Shown: positions 37,836-48,118, counted from the stretch's first letter. The stretch is DNA of 64,000 nt from Bdellovibrionales bacterium (GCA_043739185.1 JAYUEN010000008.1:2750-66749), one strand, 5' to 3'. The notes: generated by a model from the letters alone, not told the origin. A program made the numbers and translations.

Positions 37836-40697
37836 ATGAAATCCCTAGGTGAGTTCTTTTTGCAACTCTGCTTACTAGCCCTGCTACTTTCTCCGCAACT
37901 GGCCCATGCTCAATTTATAGATCCGAGAATTCAATTTAGTAGCCTCGATACCCCGCATTTTACTATTGTCTTTGACTCGCGGCATCGACTTATTGCCGAG
38001 CTATATGCGAATTATGCAGAGGAAGCTTATCAAACGCTCAATTCGAGATTTAATGGGGAAGCACCTAAAAAAACCGTGATTTTAATTAATGATGTGAGTG
38101 ATCAGGCGAATGGTTCAGCCGTTGGAATTCCCTATCCGATCATTACAGCCTTTGGCGTTTTGCCAGGCCCCAGCGAGCCCGTAAGTGACTACGGAAACTG
38201 GGGTCGCGAGCTTCTAATGCATGAATTCACCCATATTCTAAATTTCGAACCCGCCAATGGCGTATTTTCTCCTTTGCGATATATCTTTGGTAATTTAGTT
38301 CGTCCCAATATGTTTTTGCCAAGATGGTACCTCGAAGGCCTGGCCGTTGAAGAAGAAACTGAATTTTCAAACAATGGCAGATTGAGATCGCCAAATTTTA
38401 CGGCTGAACTTCGAGCCTTATCTCTAGACGGTCTTTTAGAAAAAGAAAATATTTCGCGAATCAATGAAGTGGGCATTCCCTACTTTCCGTTTGGTGCACG
38501 CCCCTACTTACTAGGCTCTATTTTATGGGACGAGATTGTTCATGAAAAAGATCCTGAAATTGTCGGCAGACTGAATGGCCGCTACTCGAGGAGATTCCCG
38601 TTTTTTATTACAGCTCCTATTTTAGAAGAAACCGGTCACGACTTTCAAGCTTTGCTAAGCGAATCCTACCGAAGAATCAGAATCAAATCGTTGGAGCAAA
38701 AAGATGAAATTGAGGGCGGATCAAAATTTCAGTTTAAAAATTTCAAGGGTCAATTGGGTTTTGATTCGAGTAGCCCCGCAATCAGCCCGGATCAATTAAA
38801 ACTATTGGTTGTCACTCACAATGAGGAAACCGAAAGTTTGATTGAATTGCGAGAGCGAAAGAGCTTCGATCAAAGTTTTAGCGAAATCGAACCCGTTAAA
38901 GTTTTAGACGGAACTGCTATCACACGCGTATCATGGCTGGGAAATTCAAATGAATTTGTCTATGAAGGTATCGACACCTATGATCACTTCAATCGCTTTT
39001 CAGATTTATATATTTACAATCTAGAAACCAAAAAAAAACAGCGCTTAACTCATGCACAGCGTGCGCGAGAAGCCACAGTTTCACCTGACGGGCATAAAAT
39101 CTGTTTTGTTCAGCTCGATACGGCGCTCACACGTCTTGGTTGTATTCAATCAGACGGATCAAATTTTGAACTGCTTTATTCGCCTGAGCTTCAAATTCGA
39201 ATTTCACGCCCCGAATTCCTTAGCCAAGATGAAATTATTTTTAGTGAAAGAAACTCCTCAGGTAGTGAAGTTCTTAAAATTTTCAACTTTAAGAGCTTGA
39301 AAATACGAGAAGTATTGACTGACTTTTCGCCGGCACATTTTGCAAAACAGACTTCACAAGGTCTCTTCTTTGAATCTGAAAAGTCGGGAGTCGCAAATAT
39401 TTATTTAGCGAGCAAAGATTTTAAAACCGCGAAACCCGTTAGCAATGTGGTCACGAGCTGCAGCACTTCTGAACTTGATAGCGCGCGGGACGAACTTCTC
39501 ATCAGCGTGCTTTCTGGCAAAGGACAAAATATAGCTTCGGTTGATGCTCCAAGCTGGAAAAACCAACCACTAGTCTTACCACAAATAGCCCCTCTTATCG
39601 AAGATCACTGGAAAAAGAATTCTCCTCCAACTGTGCAATTTGAGAAAAAAATCGAGGATTATAGTCCGTGGTCTTATCTGTACCCACGATACTGGATGCC
39701 TTATTTCTATTTATTACCAGGCGGAAGCTACTTCTCTGCTAGTACAGCTGCTGCAGATCCTGCTGGTCATCATGCTTATACTCTGCTTGCGAGCTATGAC
39801 ACTCTTAGTAGCAAACCAAGTATCTTCGCGGCATATACCAATTCGACAATTGCAACACCACTCACTTTTGATTTGTTTGATTACTATGAATATATTTATG
39901 CCATTGGATATATTCGGCATAGCACAACGGTGAACCCCTATGTGACGAGTTTCATTCCTGGCTTGAGTAATAATTTTACCTTTGGCGGAGGCTGGACTTA
40001 CTTTCAAAGTGCTTATACCGGCGCAAATTTAAACGCCAATGGTCCCGGAGGCTTTTTCAATTATTCAAATATTTCAAAGCGTGGCCTTCAAATTTCACCT
40101 GAAACCGGTGGCACACTTTATTTAGGATATAACTCTTATCTTCCGAATATCGGCAATGTAAGTTATGATGAAGTCAAATTTCGTGGCAGCTACTTTTATT
40201 CAAAGAATTTGCCAAAACATCATGCTTTGGCGGGCTTTCTCAATCTGTACTATGCCCCGCGACTAGATCACCTCTTGCTTGGCCGAACCACTTCGTCGGC
40301 AGTCTTTCAACAAAATGTTTTAGACTCAAGCTTTGTGCTTCGAGGCTATCCCTATGGAGCCTTAATTGGCCGTAACCTTTACTCTACCAACTTAGAATAT
40401 CGTTTTCCTATTCGCGAGGCATATGATGGATACGATGTGAAACCAATATTTTTTCATAAATATTATGGCGCTATATTCACTGACATCACGACGGTTGACG
40501 GAGCTTTTTATTCTGTCAAAAATTTAAGTTATAATTTAGCCAGCGCTGGCCGATATTTTGTCGGCAGCGGATTGGAACTAAAAGCCGATACCACGATGTT
40601 TTACCAAATACCGATCACACTGACTCTCGGTCTTTATTATGGTTTCGACAAAGACGCGAGCCTTGGGTTTTCGCCCTTTTTCGGATTTACTCTGTGA
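37836..40697 (+). CDS. Omp85-superfamily protein: HEXXH peptidase-like domain, TolB-like propeller and C-terminal barrel
   Basis: HEFTH...WYLEGLA; SPD propeller repeats; VLRGY and NLEYRFP barrel motifs; C-terminal aromatic strand. Confidence 0.75.
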   Translation: MKSLGEFFLQLCLLALLLSPQLAHAQFIDPRIQFSSLDTPHFTIVFDSRHRLIAELYANYAEEAYQTLNSRFNGEAPKKTVILINDVSDQANGSAVGIPYPIITAFGVLPGPSEPVSDYGNWGRELLMHEFTHILNFEPANGVFSPLRYIFGNLVRPNMFLPRWYLEGLAVEEETEFSNNGRLRSPNFTAELRALSLDGLLEKENISRINEVGIPYFPFGARPYLLGSILWDEIVHEKDPEIVGRLNGRYSRRFPFFITAPILEETGHDFQALLSESYRRIRIKSLEQKDEIEGGSKFQFKNFKGQLGFDSSSPAISPDQLKLLVVTHNEETESLIELRERKSFDQSFSEIEPVKVLDGTAITRVSWLGNSNEFVYEGIDTYDHFNRFSDLYIYNLETKKKQRLTHAQRAREATVSPDGHKICFVQLDTALTRLGCIQSDGSNFELLYSPELQIRISRPEFLSQDEIIFSERNSSGSEVLKIFNFKSLKIREVLTDFSPAHFAKQTSQGLFFESEKSGVANIYLASKDFKTAKPVSNVVTSCSTSELDSARDELLISVLSGKGQNIASVDAPSWKNQPLVLPQIAPLIEDHWKKNSPPTVQFEKKIEDYSPWSYLYPRYWMPYFYLLPGGSYFSASTAAADPAGHHAYTLLASYDTLSSKPSIFAAYTNSTIATPLTFDLFDYYEYIYAIGYIRHSTTVNPYVTSFIPGLSNNFTFGGGWTYFQSAYTGANLNANGPGGFFNYSNISKRGLQISPETGGTLYLGYNSYLPNIGNVSYDEVKFRGSYFYSKNLPKHHALAGFLNLYYAPRLDHLLLGRTTSSAVFQQNVLDSSFVLRGYPYGALIGRNLYSTNLEYRFPIREAYDGYDVKPIFFHKYYGAIFTDITTVDGAFYSVKNLSYNLASAGRYFVGSGLELKADTTMFYQIPITLTLGLYYGFDKDASLGFSPFFGFTL

Positions 40698-41143
40698 GCT
40701 GCGCGGTTTGTGCAAAACATTTGTCTCTTGAGGGACTTCCGGGTGGGGTGATCTATCAAAATGAATTTATTTTTGTAGCCCACTTTCCTTTGTTTTCTGA
40801 GCCGTCTGCCTTTAAACCGCACTATGGCCATATTATTCTAGATTTAAAACGCCATATCACCAGCCCCGCTGTTATGACGGACGAAGAAGCAAGCCAAGTT
40901 GGCCTGTGGTTGCAGCGAATTTCTCATTTTTTAGAACGTGATTTGGCTGCGGAACACACTTATCAGTTTCGCATTGGAGATAAGACCCCGCATTTACATT
41001 TTCATATTGTGCCGCGGTTTCCGGATACTCCTCACGAACTATGGGGAATTTATCTTTTTGAAAGTCCTGTTTCGCGAAAGGCAGACACTGTTGATATTCA
41101 AAATATTTCTGCGAAAATGCGGCAAGCTTTTTTGGGAAAATAA
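40694..41143 (+). CDS. HIT family protein
   Basis: N-terminal CAVC; PHLHFHIVPR histidine triad. Confidence 0.88.
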   Translation: MSCAVCAKHLSLEGLPGGVIYQNEFIFVAHFPLFSEPSAFKPHYGHIILDLKRHITSPAVMTDEEASQVGLWLQRISHFLERDLAAEHTYQFRIGDKTPHLHFHIVPRFPDTPHELWGIYLFESPVSRKADTVDIQNISAKMRQAFLGK

Positions 41144-41149
41144 GTTACT

Positions 41150-41452
41150 ATGATTTTTCTTATTTTGATTTCAATTGCTGGCGCCTCTGAGGTGAGCCCA
41201 CGAGTGCTGGTTACTGAGCACATGGCCGAAATTCAGTCTTGTTATATCGATAAGTCCAAATCGGGAAAGCTTATAGTTTCATGGACAATTGATGAACATG
41301 GCCAGGCCATTCATCTTAAGTCACGGTTAAATGAGCTCAAAGACGAAAAGCTTTATGAGTGCATTTCTAAAAAAATTCAAGGCTGGCATTTCACTCCAAG
41401 TAAAAAACCTAATATTCAAAACTTTTTATATCCTTTTGTTTTTGGTCGCTAG
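41150..41452 (+). CDS. Small exported AgmX/PglI C-terminal (TonB-C-like) domain protein
   Basis: IQSCY...GKLIVSWTI..G...CI...I.GW.F...YPFVF. Confidence 0.7.
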   Translation: MIFLILISIAGASEVSPRVLVTEHMAEIQSCYIDKSKSGKLIVSWTIDEHGQAIHLKSRLNELKDEKLYECISKKIQGWHFTPSKKPNIQNFLYPFVFGR

Positions 41453-41533
41453 AGACATTAGGTGACTGTTGACCGAAGTCCGAATTTTTTGTTTGAAATT
41501 TGAATTCAAAATTAAATGGTAGTCTCATTGGTT

Positions 41534-41549
41534 CGGTTCGGGATTTGCT
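41534..41549 (+). promoter_or_regulatory. Candidate sigma54 promoter for ssb
   Basis: CGGTTC-GGGAT-TTGCT, GG-N10-GC; the -24 half deviates from TGGCAC. Confidence 0.5.
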
Positions 41550-41603
41550 TCAATACTTTCCACCTGGTTTCGCAAATGGATGTGAACCAATATGGAGGAA
41601 TAT

Positions 41604-42020
41604 ATGAAGGGCTTTTCTCGCGTTATTTTAATTGGCTATCTTGGTGGCACCCCCGAATTACAAACGAGTAAAAATGGTTCGAATTTTACTCGCTTGAGTG
41701 TTTCAACCCATCGAACGAGACAACAAGAAGACGGTAAATGGAATACGTCTACCGAATGGCATCGTGTAATCGTCTGGGGGAAGAGAGCCGAAATTTGTGT
41801 AAAACACTTGACCAAGGGCGCACCACTTGCGGTTGAAGGTATTCTTGAGTCCTACAAATCGGAGCGCGAGGGCGGCACCGTCAATCTCACCAGCATCGTC
41901 GCAGAACATATTCACTTTCTGCCCAATCCTAAACAGCAAAGTCTTAAGTTTGGAGAAGACGAAGGCTTGGTGGCTTTGAAAACAGAAGACAATGATATGT
42001 CGGTTTTTAAAACAGCATAA
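41604..42020 (+). CDS. ssb: Single-stranded DNA-binding protein (short, no canonical acidic PF tail)
   Basis: VILIGYLG..PEL, TEWHRVIVWGKRAE, KG..LAVEG; GGAGGA SD before ATG 41604. Confidence 0.9.
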   Translation: MKGFSRVILIGYLGGTPELQTSKNGSNFTRLSVSTHRTRQQEDGKWNTSTEWHRVIVWGKRAEICVKHLTKGAPLAVEGILESYKSEREGGTVNLTSIVAEHIHFLPNPKQQSLKFGEDEGLVALKTEDNDMSVFKTA

Positions 42021-42030
42021 TTTTTTCGCC

Positions 42031-42059
42031 GAGGCATAATTGATATTATGCCTCTTTTT
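42031..42059 (+). terminator. Rho-independent terminator after ssb
   Basis: GAGGCATAAT-TGAT-ATTATGCCTC followed by T5. Confidence 0.8.
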
Positions 42060-42086
42060 AAAAATTGGTCCGAAAGGAATTTCTCG

Positions 42087-42968
42087 GTGAAATATCTATC
42101 AAATCAACTTTTGGTTTCTCACCTAAAGAGCTTGGTCTCTGAAGAACTCAATTTGACCATTCAAATACTCAACTATTTGCGCGAAGTTGAGATTCGCGGA
42201 ATATTTGCAGATATGGGATATTCAAGCTTATTTGAGTTTTGTTTAAAGGAATTGAAATATTCAGAGGGCTCTACTCAAAGAAGAATTTCGGCCATGAGAT
42301 TGCTAAAAGATCTTCCAGAGGTAGAACCTAAAGTTCGCTCAGGTGAAATTTCACTAAGCGTAGCCTCGCAAGCGCAGTCTTTTTTCAAAAAACAAGAAAG
42401 AAAGTCCGAGGCCTATAGCAAAGAAGCCAAACTTGAACTACTTAAAGACCTAGAAAATACAACTCGGCGTGAATGCGAAAGAATTCTTTTAAAAAAGGAT
42501 CCTGAGTTTGTCTTACGAGATTATGAACGACCCATTACCGAGGAGCTCACTGAAATTCGACTAACTGTCGATCAAGAATTTATGAAAAAACTTGAAGACA
42601 TTAAAAACCTATTGTCGCATGCCCAGCCATATGCAACGACTAAGACAGCGCTGGAAGTAGCTTTAGAGTTCTTTCTCGCAAAAAAGGATCCATTGAGATC
42701 ATTACCTCCCAAGGCCGAGAGCAGCCCATCACCGCCGCCGGTGGCGGTGAAACATTCTCGTTTCATAGGTGCAAAAAACAAACGTGCCGTTTGGAAAAAA
42801 GCCAAGGGTCGCTGCTGTTTCAGGGACCCAACAACTGGTAGACAATGTGAGGCCAGAAGATTTCTAGAAATAGATCATATTCAAGCTTACTCTAATGGCG
42901 GGACCAATGATGTAAGTAATCTTCAGCTACTTTGCTCAATTCACAATGCATTGAAATCAAATAGTTGA
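42087..42968 (+). CDS. HNH endonuclease with a DUF222-like helical N-terminus
   Basis: GYSSLFEFC...L.YSEG...RRI.A.RL; C-x9-C; IDHI...GG....NLQLLC..HN; GTG 42087 after AAGGA. Confidence 0.85.
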   Translation: MKYLSNQLLVSHLKSLVSEELNLTIQILNYLREVEIRGIFADMGYSSLFEFCLKELKYSEGSTQRRISAMRLLKDLPEVEPKVRSGEISLSVASQAQSFFKKQERKSEAYSKEAKLELLKDLENTTRRECERILLKKDPEFVLRDYERPITEELTEIRLTVDQEFMKKLEDIKNLLSHAQPYATTKTALEVALEFFLAKKDPLRSLPPKAESSPSPPPVAVKHSRFIGAKNKRAVWKKAKGRCCFRDPTTGRQCEARRFLEIDHIQAYSNGGTNDVSNLQLLCSIHNALKSNS

Positions 42969-43123
42969 AAATTATATACTAAGAAGCTTTTTGGATGCTC
43001 TTGGCGGGTTTGCTGGACCAAGGTCCAAAAACTTGACAAGCGTCATCAAAAAGGAAATGATAAGAACAGAGGCAAGAGCATTCCGCTCTTTCAACTTGTT
43101 CAGACATCCAAAGAGGGAGACAA

Positions 43124-43648
43124 ATGATCATGGAAAAATCTTTTGATAAACTCAATTGGATAAAAGATTTAGTTCGAGCAGAACAGAGAATGGAAGAGTC
43201 CGGAGTTGTCGATTTCTCTGCTGGATTTGACCCTGCACAAATGATTGCAAACGAAAGTTCAACTTTTTTAAGCGCGCTTAAATCTGCATTTATTGAGGCC
43301 GCGACGTCGTTTAATCAGTTGAAGTCTTCTAGCGTGGGTCGAGTTAAAATTTATGGAATTTCAAATACCGATGCCGACTTTATGCTTTTTCGAAATGGAT
43401 TCAAGCTCATTTTCAGCATGAAAGAACCGGGAGTCGTTGGTATCCGATTCAATTATGTTGCTGCGCCATTCATAATGATGAACGCTGTAAGCGATAATGG
43501 TCAGAAAGTTCCTCAGGACGAAGATATCATTCAAGCGCAATGGGGAGCCTTTGGCGATGTAGTTTGGACCCACCAATCACAACCAGTCAAAATAGACTAC
43601 TTAATTAAGTACTATCTAACCAAATTTGTTCGTGAGTCAGCGAAATAA
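43124..43648 (+). CDS. Hypothetical protein
   Basis: GAGGGAG SD; TTGACA-N17-AATGAT upstream; globular composition. Confidence 0.8.
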   Translation: MIMEKSFDKLNWIKDLVRAEQRMEESGVVDFSAGFDPAQMIANESSTFLSALKSAFIEAATSFNQLKSSSVGRVKIYGISNTDADFMLFRNGFKLIFSMKEPGVVGIRFNYVAAPFIMMNAVSDNGQKVPQDEDIIQAQWGAFGDVVWTHQSQPVKIDYLIKYYLTKFVRESAK

Positions 43649-43694
43649 CTGACGGTTAATAGGTTTTAAATCATAAATATTTGAAACGGAAAAC

Positions 43695-44546
43695 TTAGTG
43701 GTTCGAATTGGTTCCAATTGAAATTTGATTTTTCTGAAGCTCCGCCTTGATGTTAACAATTAAATCGTTGGTTAACTGTAGCGAGCTGTATGCTGATGGA
43801 ATGGATATCCAGTAAAAAACAGAGAGTTTGGCGCCAAGATCTCCGCAGGCGGTAAAGTAGACTTCTGCTTTAAGATTAGGAAAGCGCTCCGATACTCCTT
43901 TGACTGAAAGTATAACAATTTCGCGCGCACGACTAAAATCACTTTCATAACTTATATTAAACACAATGTTAAGCCGCTGCGCTCTATTCGCAGTATAGTT
44001 CTTAAGGGCACTCGTAAACATATCCTTATTAGGAATATCCACTTGCTGGCCGTCGTCAGTGAGTAGCCGTGTCGTTCTTAAACTAATATCATCTACAGTC
44101 CCCTGCGTACCCTTTACTTCAACTACGTCACCAGTATTAAAAGGTTTTATAATAGCGATGAATATCCCTGAGATAAAATTGCTGGCAATTTCTTGAAAAG
44201 CAAAGCCAATTGCCAAACCAAGTACACCGACTCCGGCAAGGAGTGAAGCCACTGCCTTGTCCAGATTTAATACCCCCAAGGCCATAAATATTCCAAGGCC
44301 GGAAACCATTATTTGAACCGCACCACTAACCAAACTCGCAATAGTTCGATTATCGATCACCCTCATTAATGTGTGCTTCACAACTTTATGAACGAGACGT
44401 GCTAGCAATAGAAAGACGCTTGTCACCAAGATAGCTATTACAATATTGGGAAGCATAGAAACGCCATCTTCCAGCCAAACAGTTAGCTTCTTTAACAAGA
44501 TCTCAACTAAATGCTCGAAATTGAGTTCAATCCCACTTAGTTTCAT
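43695..44546 (-). CDS. mscS: Small-conductance mechanosensitive channel (MscS family)
   Basis: GLAIGFAFQ...NFISG, KPF..GD.V, G.V..I.LRTT, IPN. Confidence 0.9.
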   Translation of the reverse strand: MKLSGIELNFEHLVEILLKKLTVWLEDGVSMLPNIVIAILVTSVFLLLARLVHKVVKHTLMRVIDNRTIASLVSGAVQIMVSGLGIFMALGVLNLDKAVASLLAGVGVLGLAIGFAFQEIASNFISGIFIAIIKPFNTGDVVEVKGTQGTVDDISLRTTRLLTDDGQQVDIPNKDMFTSALKNYTANRAQRLNIVFNISYESDFSRAREIVILSVKGVSERFPNLKAEVYFTACGDLGAKLSVFYWISIPSAYSSLQLTNDLIVNIKAELQKNQISIGTNSNH

Positions 44547-44635
44547 AATTTACCTCCTGCTGAAATATACATGGCAAGTGAGATTGAAACTTATTTGAAA
44601 AGAAATGTAAAATTGTTTTAGATCCAAACAAGAAT

Positions 44636-44881
44636 CTAAACGATTCGAATCATTTTATTGGATTTAGGAAAGTTTGAGGACGCAATTTCAAAGCGAAGGG
44701 GGCTTAATTCACTTACACGGCAATTTATCTTCTGCCCTACTTCTAAGAACTTTAGGCTTTGATTTTGAACGCGCAACAAATCCCCCTGAAAGCTCATAAT
44801 GAGCTCATTTTCAGAAAGAAGCTCTGTGACCTCGGCCTCAATTATATCGCCAAAATGAAGATTCTGAATGACGAACTTCAC
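44636..44881 (-). CDS. Small hypothetical beta-rich protein
   Basis: GTG start 1 nt after the upstream stop, GGAG SD; fills the gap in the operon. Confidence 0.65.
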   Translation of the reverse strand: MKFVIQNLHFGDIIEAEVTELLSENELIMSFQGDLLRVQNQSLKFLEVGQKINCRVSELSPLRFEIASSNFPKSNKMIRIV

Positions 44882-44882
44882 T

Positions 44883-46121
44883 TCATCTCCCTAAATTGCG
44901 TTGATTTATCTTTGGAGAATTGATGGTTGGAAAAATGACCTTCCGAATAGCCGATGAGTCATGAGCTTTCGCAACTTGAGCTTTCAAATCAGTGTCACTT
45001 TTGCGAATGATTGCGTCTAATAGAGGTTTATCTACTTTTAAGCTTCCTAAAGCATTAGATACTTGCGGAACTGGCGGAAGAACTTCTTGGTCTTCTTGAA
45101 CTTCAAGACTGCTCATCGAAAACTGCCTATCAAGGTTTGCAATGATACTCTGAGTTCTTTTAAGCGTTGAGATTTGTTTATTGTCCGCATCACTAAATTC
45201 TCTTCTGGCCATTTGAGCGTCAACATTTCTTTGATTAGTGGCATGGGTCTGCATTCTCGCACCATCTGCCGCGTATTCTTGAAGACTTGAGTTCATTTGA
45301 AATTTGTGTTCGCTGGAAAATGCGGCCAAAGGAGAAATTTCTTGGTTGAAATCATAACTACGTACGTCATTAGAATTTCCCAAATAATTGATATCATTTG
45401 CATAAGGATGATGGCCCTGAACAGAAGCACCCATTTGAGCGACATTCGAGTTAAGACCCTCAAATCTCGATTCATTATTATCTTGAATTTCCAAATGACC
45501 ACTGCCTATGAACGGATTGGAATTGCTTTCGTCATTTGAAAGATGTCCTCTAAATAGCTCTGTATCCTCTGTATTGCGAGATGTCGCTTCAGACTGATCT
45601 AAATCCGCCTTTGCCCAGGCAGGTAGATCTTCCATTGAAAAGGTCAGCTGCTCTCGATTTACCTTAGCAATAAATTCGATTTCACCCATTGGTAAATCGA
45701 CAAGTTGAGCAATCTCCGCGGGAGATCGCCCTTGATTAGCAAGCTTTGCTGCCTTTAGGTATTTTAGTGTGTTTTTTCTTTCGATAATCTCTTGGTGAGG
45801 AATTTTATCTTGAAAAATTCTAGCCACATCAAGACTTGAGCGGATTGATCCATCTACTATTCGAACCTGCTCATTGGCTTTATCGATTCGCGACTGAACC
45901 TCAATGTTTTTTTGATCCAGTAGTGACATGAGTCCACGCACTTGATTTTCCGTTCGATCAGATAAATCTTCTAAAATCGCAATTTTACTTTGTAAAATTT
46001 GAAGTCCTCGACTGAGACGAGGGTCATCTTTTGGCGCTCGAGCCAACTTCAGTAATAATATTAATACTCCAAGCCCCGACAGAATATCAAAAATAATTTG
46101 AAGTGCGCTCCAGAATCCCAT
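44883..46121 (-). CDS. DUF2802-like membrane-anchored coiled-coil/HTH protein with a long disordered tail
   Basis: N-terminal TM helix, coiled coil, YLKAAKLANQG.S.AEI...VDLPMGEIE. Confidence 0.7.
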   Translation of the reverse strand: MGFWSALQIIFDILSGLGVLILLLKLARAPKDDPRLSRGLQILQSKIAILEDLSDRTENQVRGLMSLLDQKNIEVQSRIDKANEQVRIVDGSIRSSLDVARIFQDKIPHQEIIERKNTLKYLKAAKLANQGRSPAEIAQLVDLPMGEIEFIAKVNREQLTFSMEDLPAWAKADLDQSEATSRNTEDTELFRGHLSNDESNSNPFIGSGHLEIQDNNESRFEGLNSNVAQMGASVQGHHPYANDINYLGNSNDVRSYDFNQEISPLAAFSSEHKFQMNSSLQEYAADGARMQTHATNQRNVDAQMARREFSDADNKQISTLKRTQSIIANLDRQFSMSSLEVQEDQEVLPPVPQVSNALGSLKVDKPLLDAIIRKSDTDLKAQVAKAHDSSAIRKVIFPTINSPKINQRNLGR

Positions 46122-46292
46122 CAACCGCCCTCGTCTTTTGAATAGAAGCTTCTAGCTTCAATCTTTATTGTAGGGGAGTGGACGCAATAGAACAATTGGA
46201 CCAAGAGCCGGTTCGCTATCTTGACCGGTGCATACAATCAATGACTCTAAAAACAAGGTCTAGTTCGATTAAAGCTAAACCAATAGGCTCGT

Positions 46293-47492
46293 CTAATTTA
46301 GTTCCTTAAAAAAACTAGAAATTCGAGAACAAGCCTTTTTAGCTTGAGCGTTTTCAATTGCAAAACTAAACCTAAAATAGCCCTCGAAACCAAACTCCAC
46401 ACCAGGCACTACCGCCACTAAAAAATCCTCAAGCAGAGCCAAAGATAAATCGGTTGAGTTTTTCATTACTTTTTCACGGTATTTTTTTCCAAAATACTTT
46501 TCGACCTCGAACCAAATATAAAAAGCACCATCGGGACGGTAAACTTTTGTATTGGGTATTTGCTTGAGTTCATTCACCCAATAATCACATCGCTCTTTTA
46601 AGTCTTGAACCGATTTCTTAACCGTTTCATTTCCATTTTCTACGGCCTCTAAACTCGCCCACTGAGCCGTTGCATTTGCGCAACTTACGGACTGGCTTAG
46701 ATAGGCCGTCATCGCCCCAATCATATTCTTGGGTCCACACGCCCAACCTATTCGCCAGCCTGTCATTGCAAAGCTTTTTGAAGCGCCACTCATTACTAGG
46801 GTTCGATCCTTAAGATCCGGTGCCACGTGTAAAATATGAGGTGCTACGGCTTCGCCTGAGAACATCAAACGATTGTAGATATCATCACTTAGAATTGCGA
46901 CTTGAGGATGCTTTCTTAGTACTGCCGCCAATGCCTGAAGCTCTTCCCGGGTATATATCATACCGGTGGGATTACTTGGAGAATTGAAAATAATGGCCCT
47001 CGTGTTTGAACCAATTGCTTCTTCAAGCTGCTCGGGAAGCATTTTAAAATTTGATTCGGGTCCGCATTTAACAACCTTGTAGTGAGCTTCTGCAAGCTCA
47101 ACCATTGTTGTATAACTTGCCCAATAGGGTGCCATCAAGATGACTTCCTGCCCTGGGTCGCACAAAACCTGAAGTGCACTAAATAGAATCATTTTCGCGC
47201 CACTTGTAACAGTCACTTCACTTGGATCGAATTTAAGACCTAAATGTTCTGATGTTTGGAGTGCCACTGCTTTGCGAAGTTCAACGATCCCATTGGGAGG
47301 AGTATATCTATTTTTATTGGCGTTCACGGATGCAATAGCAGCATTTTTAATATGATCTGCGACCGCCCAATCCGGCTCTCCCACTGTCAAAGAAATGACA
47401 TCTTTTCCCTGCGCCTTCATTTCATTAGCTTTTACAGCCAAAGCTAAAATTGGAGACGGCTTCATCAGCTCAGTTCTTTTTGCTAGCTTCAT
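46293..47492 (-). CDS. PLP-dependent class I (aspartate-type) aminotransferase
   Basis: GEPD, NSPSNPTG, SDDIY, SKSFAMTGWRIG, P.GAFY. Confidence 0.93.
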   Translation of the reverse strand: MKLAKRTELMKPSPILALAVKANEMKAQGKDVISLTVGEPDWAVADHIKNAAIASVNANKNRYTPPNGIVELRKAVALQTSEHLGLKFDPSEVTVTSGAKMILFSALQVLCDPGQEVILMAPYWASYTTMVELAEAHYKVVKCGPESNFKMLPEQLEEAIGSNTRAIIFNSPSNPTGMIYTREELQALAAVLRKHPQVAILSDDIYNRLMFSGEAVAPHILHVAPDLKDRTLVMSGASKSFAMTGWRIGWACGPKNMIGAMTAYLSQSVSCANATAQWASLEAVENGNETVKKSVQDLKERCDYWVNELKQIPNTKVYRPDGAFYIWFEVEKYFGKKYREKVMKNSTDLSLALLEDFLVAVVPGVEFGFEGYFRFSFAIENAQAKKACSRISSFFKELN

Positions 47493-47499
47493 TCTGTCC

Positions 47500-47988
47500 T
47501 CATTTCGCAGATACTTTATTTTTTTTCTTCAATGCCATCTCTACATTTGGAGTCACCAATGCGCGAACATCGCCTCGATGTAACGCTACCTCTTTCACCA
47601 TATGGCTTGAAATATAATAGTGTTCAGGACTTGAAAAAACAATCATCGTCTCAATTTCGGGCGCAAGCTTTTTATTCATATTCGCCATTGCCAATTCATT
47701 TTCAAAATCCGATACGGCCCGTAATCCTCTGACCAAAACAGTAAGTTTATTTTTTCGAAGATAATCTATTGTCAAGCCTTGATGAATTTCTACTGTTACA
47801 TTGGGAACTTCTCGTAGCGCCTCTTCTGCATGTGTTTTTCGTTCTTTAGCGGAAAATAAATAATTCTTACGTGGAGAATTCGAAATCAAAACTATCACGG
47901 CGCCAAAAATTGGCTGAATTCGTTTAATAATATCACAGTGACCCTTGGTTATTGGATCAAAACTTCCTGGATAAACAACTGCTTTCAA
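47500..47988 (-). CDS. coaD: Phosphopantetheine adenylyltransferase
   Basis: YPGSFDPITKGH, RGLRAVSDFENE, ISS..VKE; TTG start 47988 inferred. Confidence 0.95.
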   Translation of the reverse strand: MKAVVYPGSFDPITKGHCDIIKRIQPIFGAVIVLISNSPRKNYLFSAKERKTHAEEALREVPNVTVEIHQGLTIDYLRKNKLTVLVRGLRAVSDFENELAMANMNKKLAPEIETMIVFSSPEHYYISSHMVKEVALHRGDVRALVTPNVEMALKKKNKVSAK

Positions 47989-48118
47989 ATGGGCACCCTC
48001 ATTTATAGGTTGCAGATTCAACTGCCTCAAAAAAATGAGTCGATCTTAGGAGAAGATTCACAGCCTAGACCATGGCCACAATACTATTTGAAAGCTCAAG
48101 GCAAATGCCGCTGACCCA

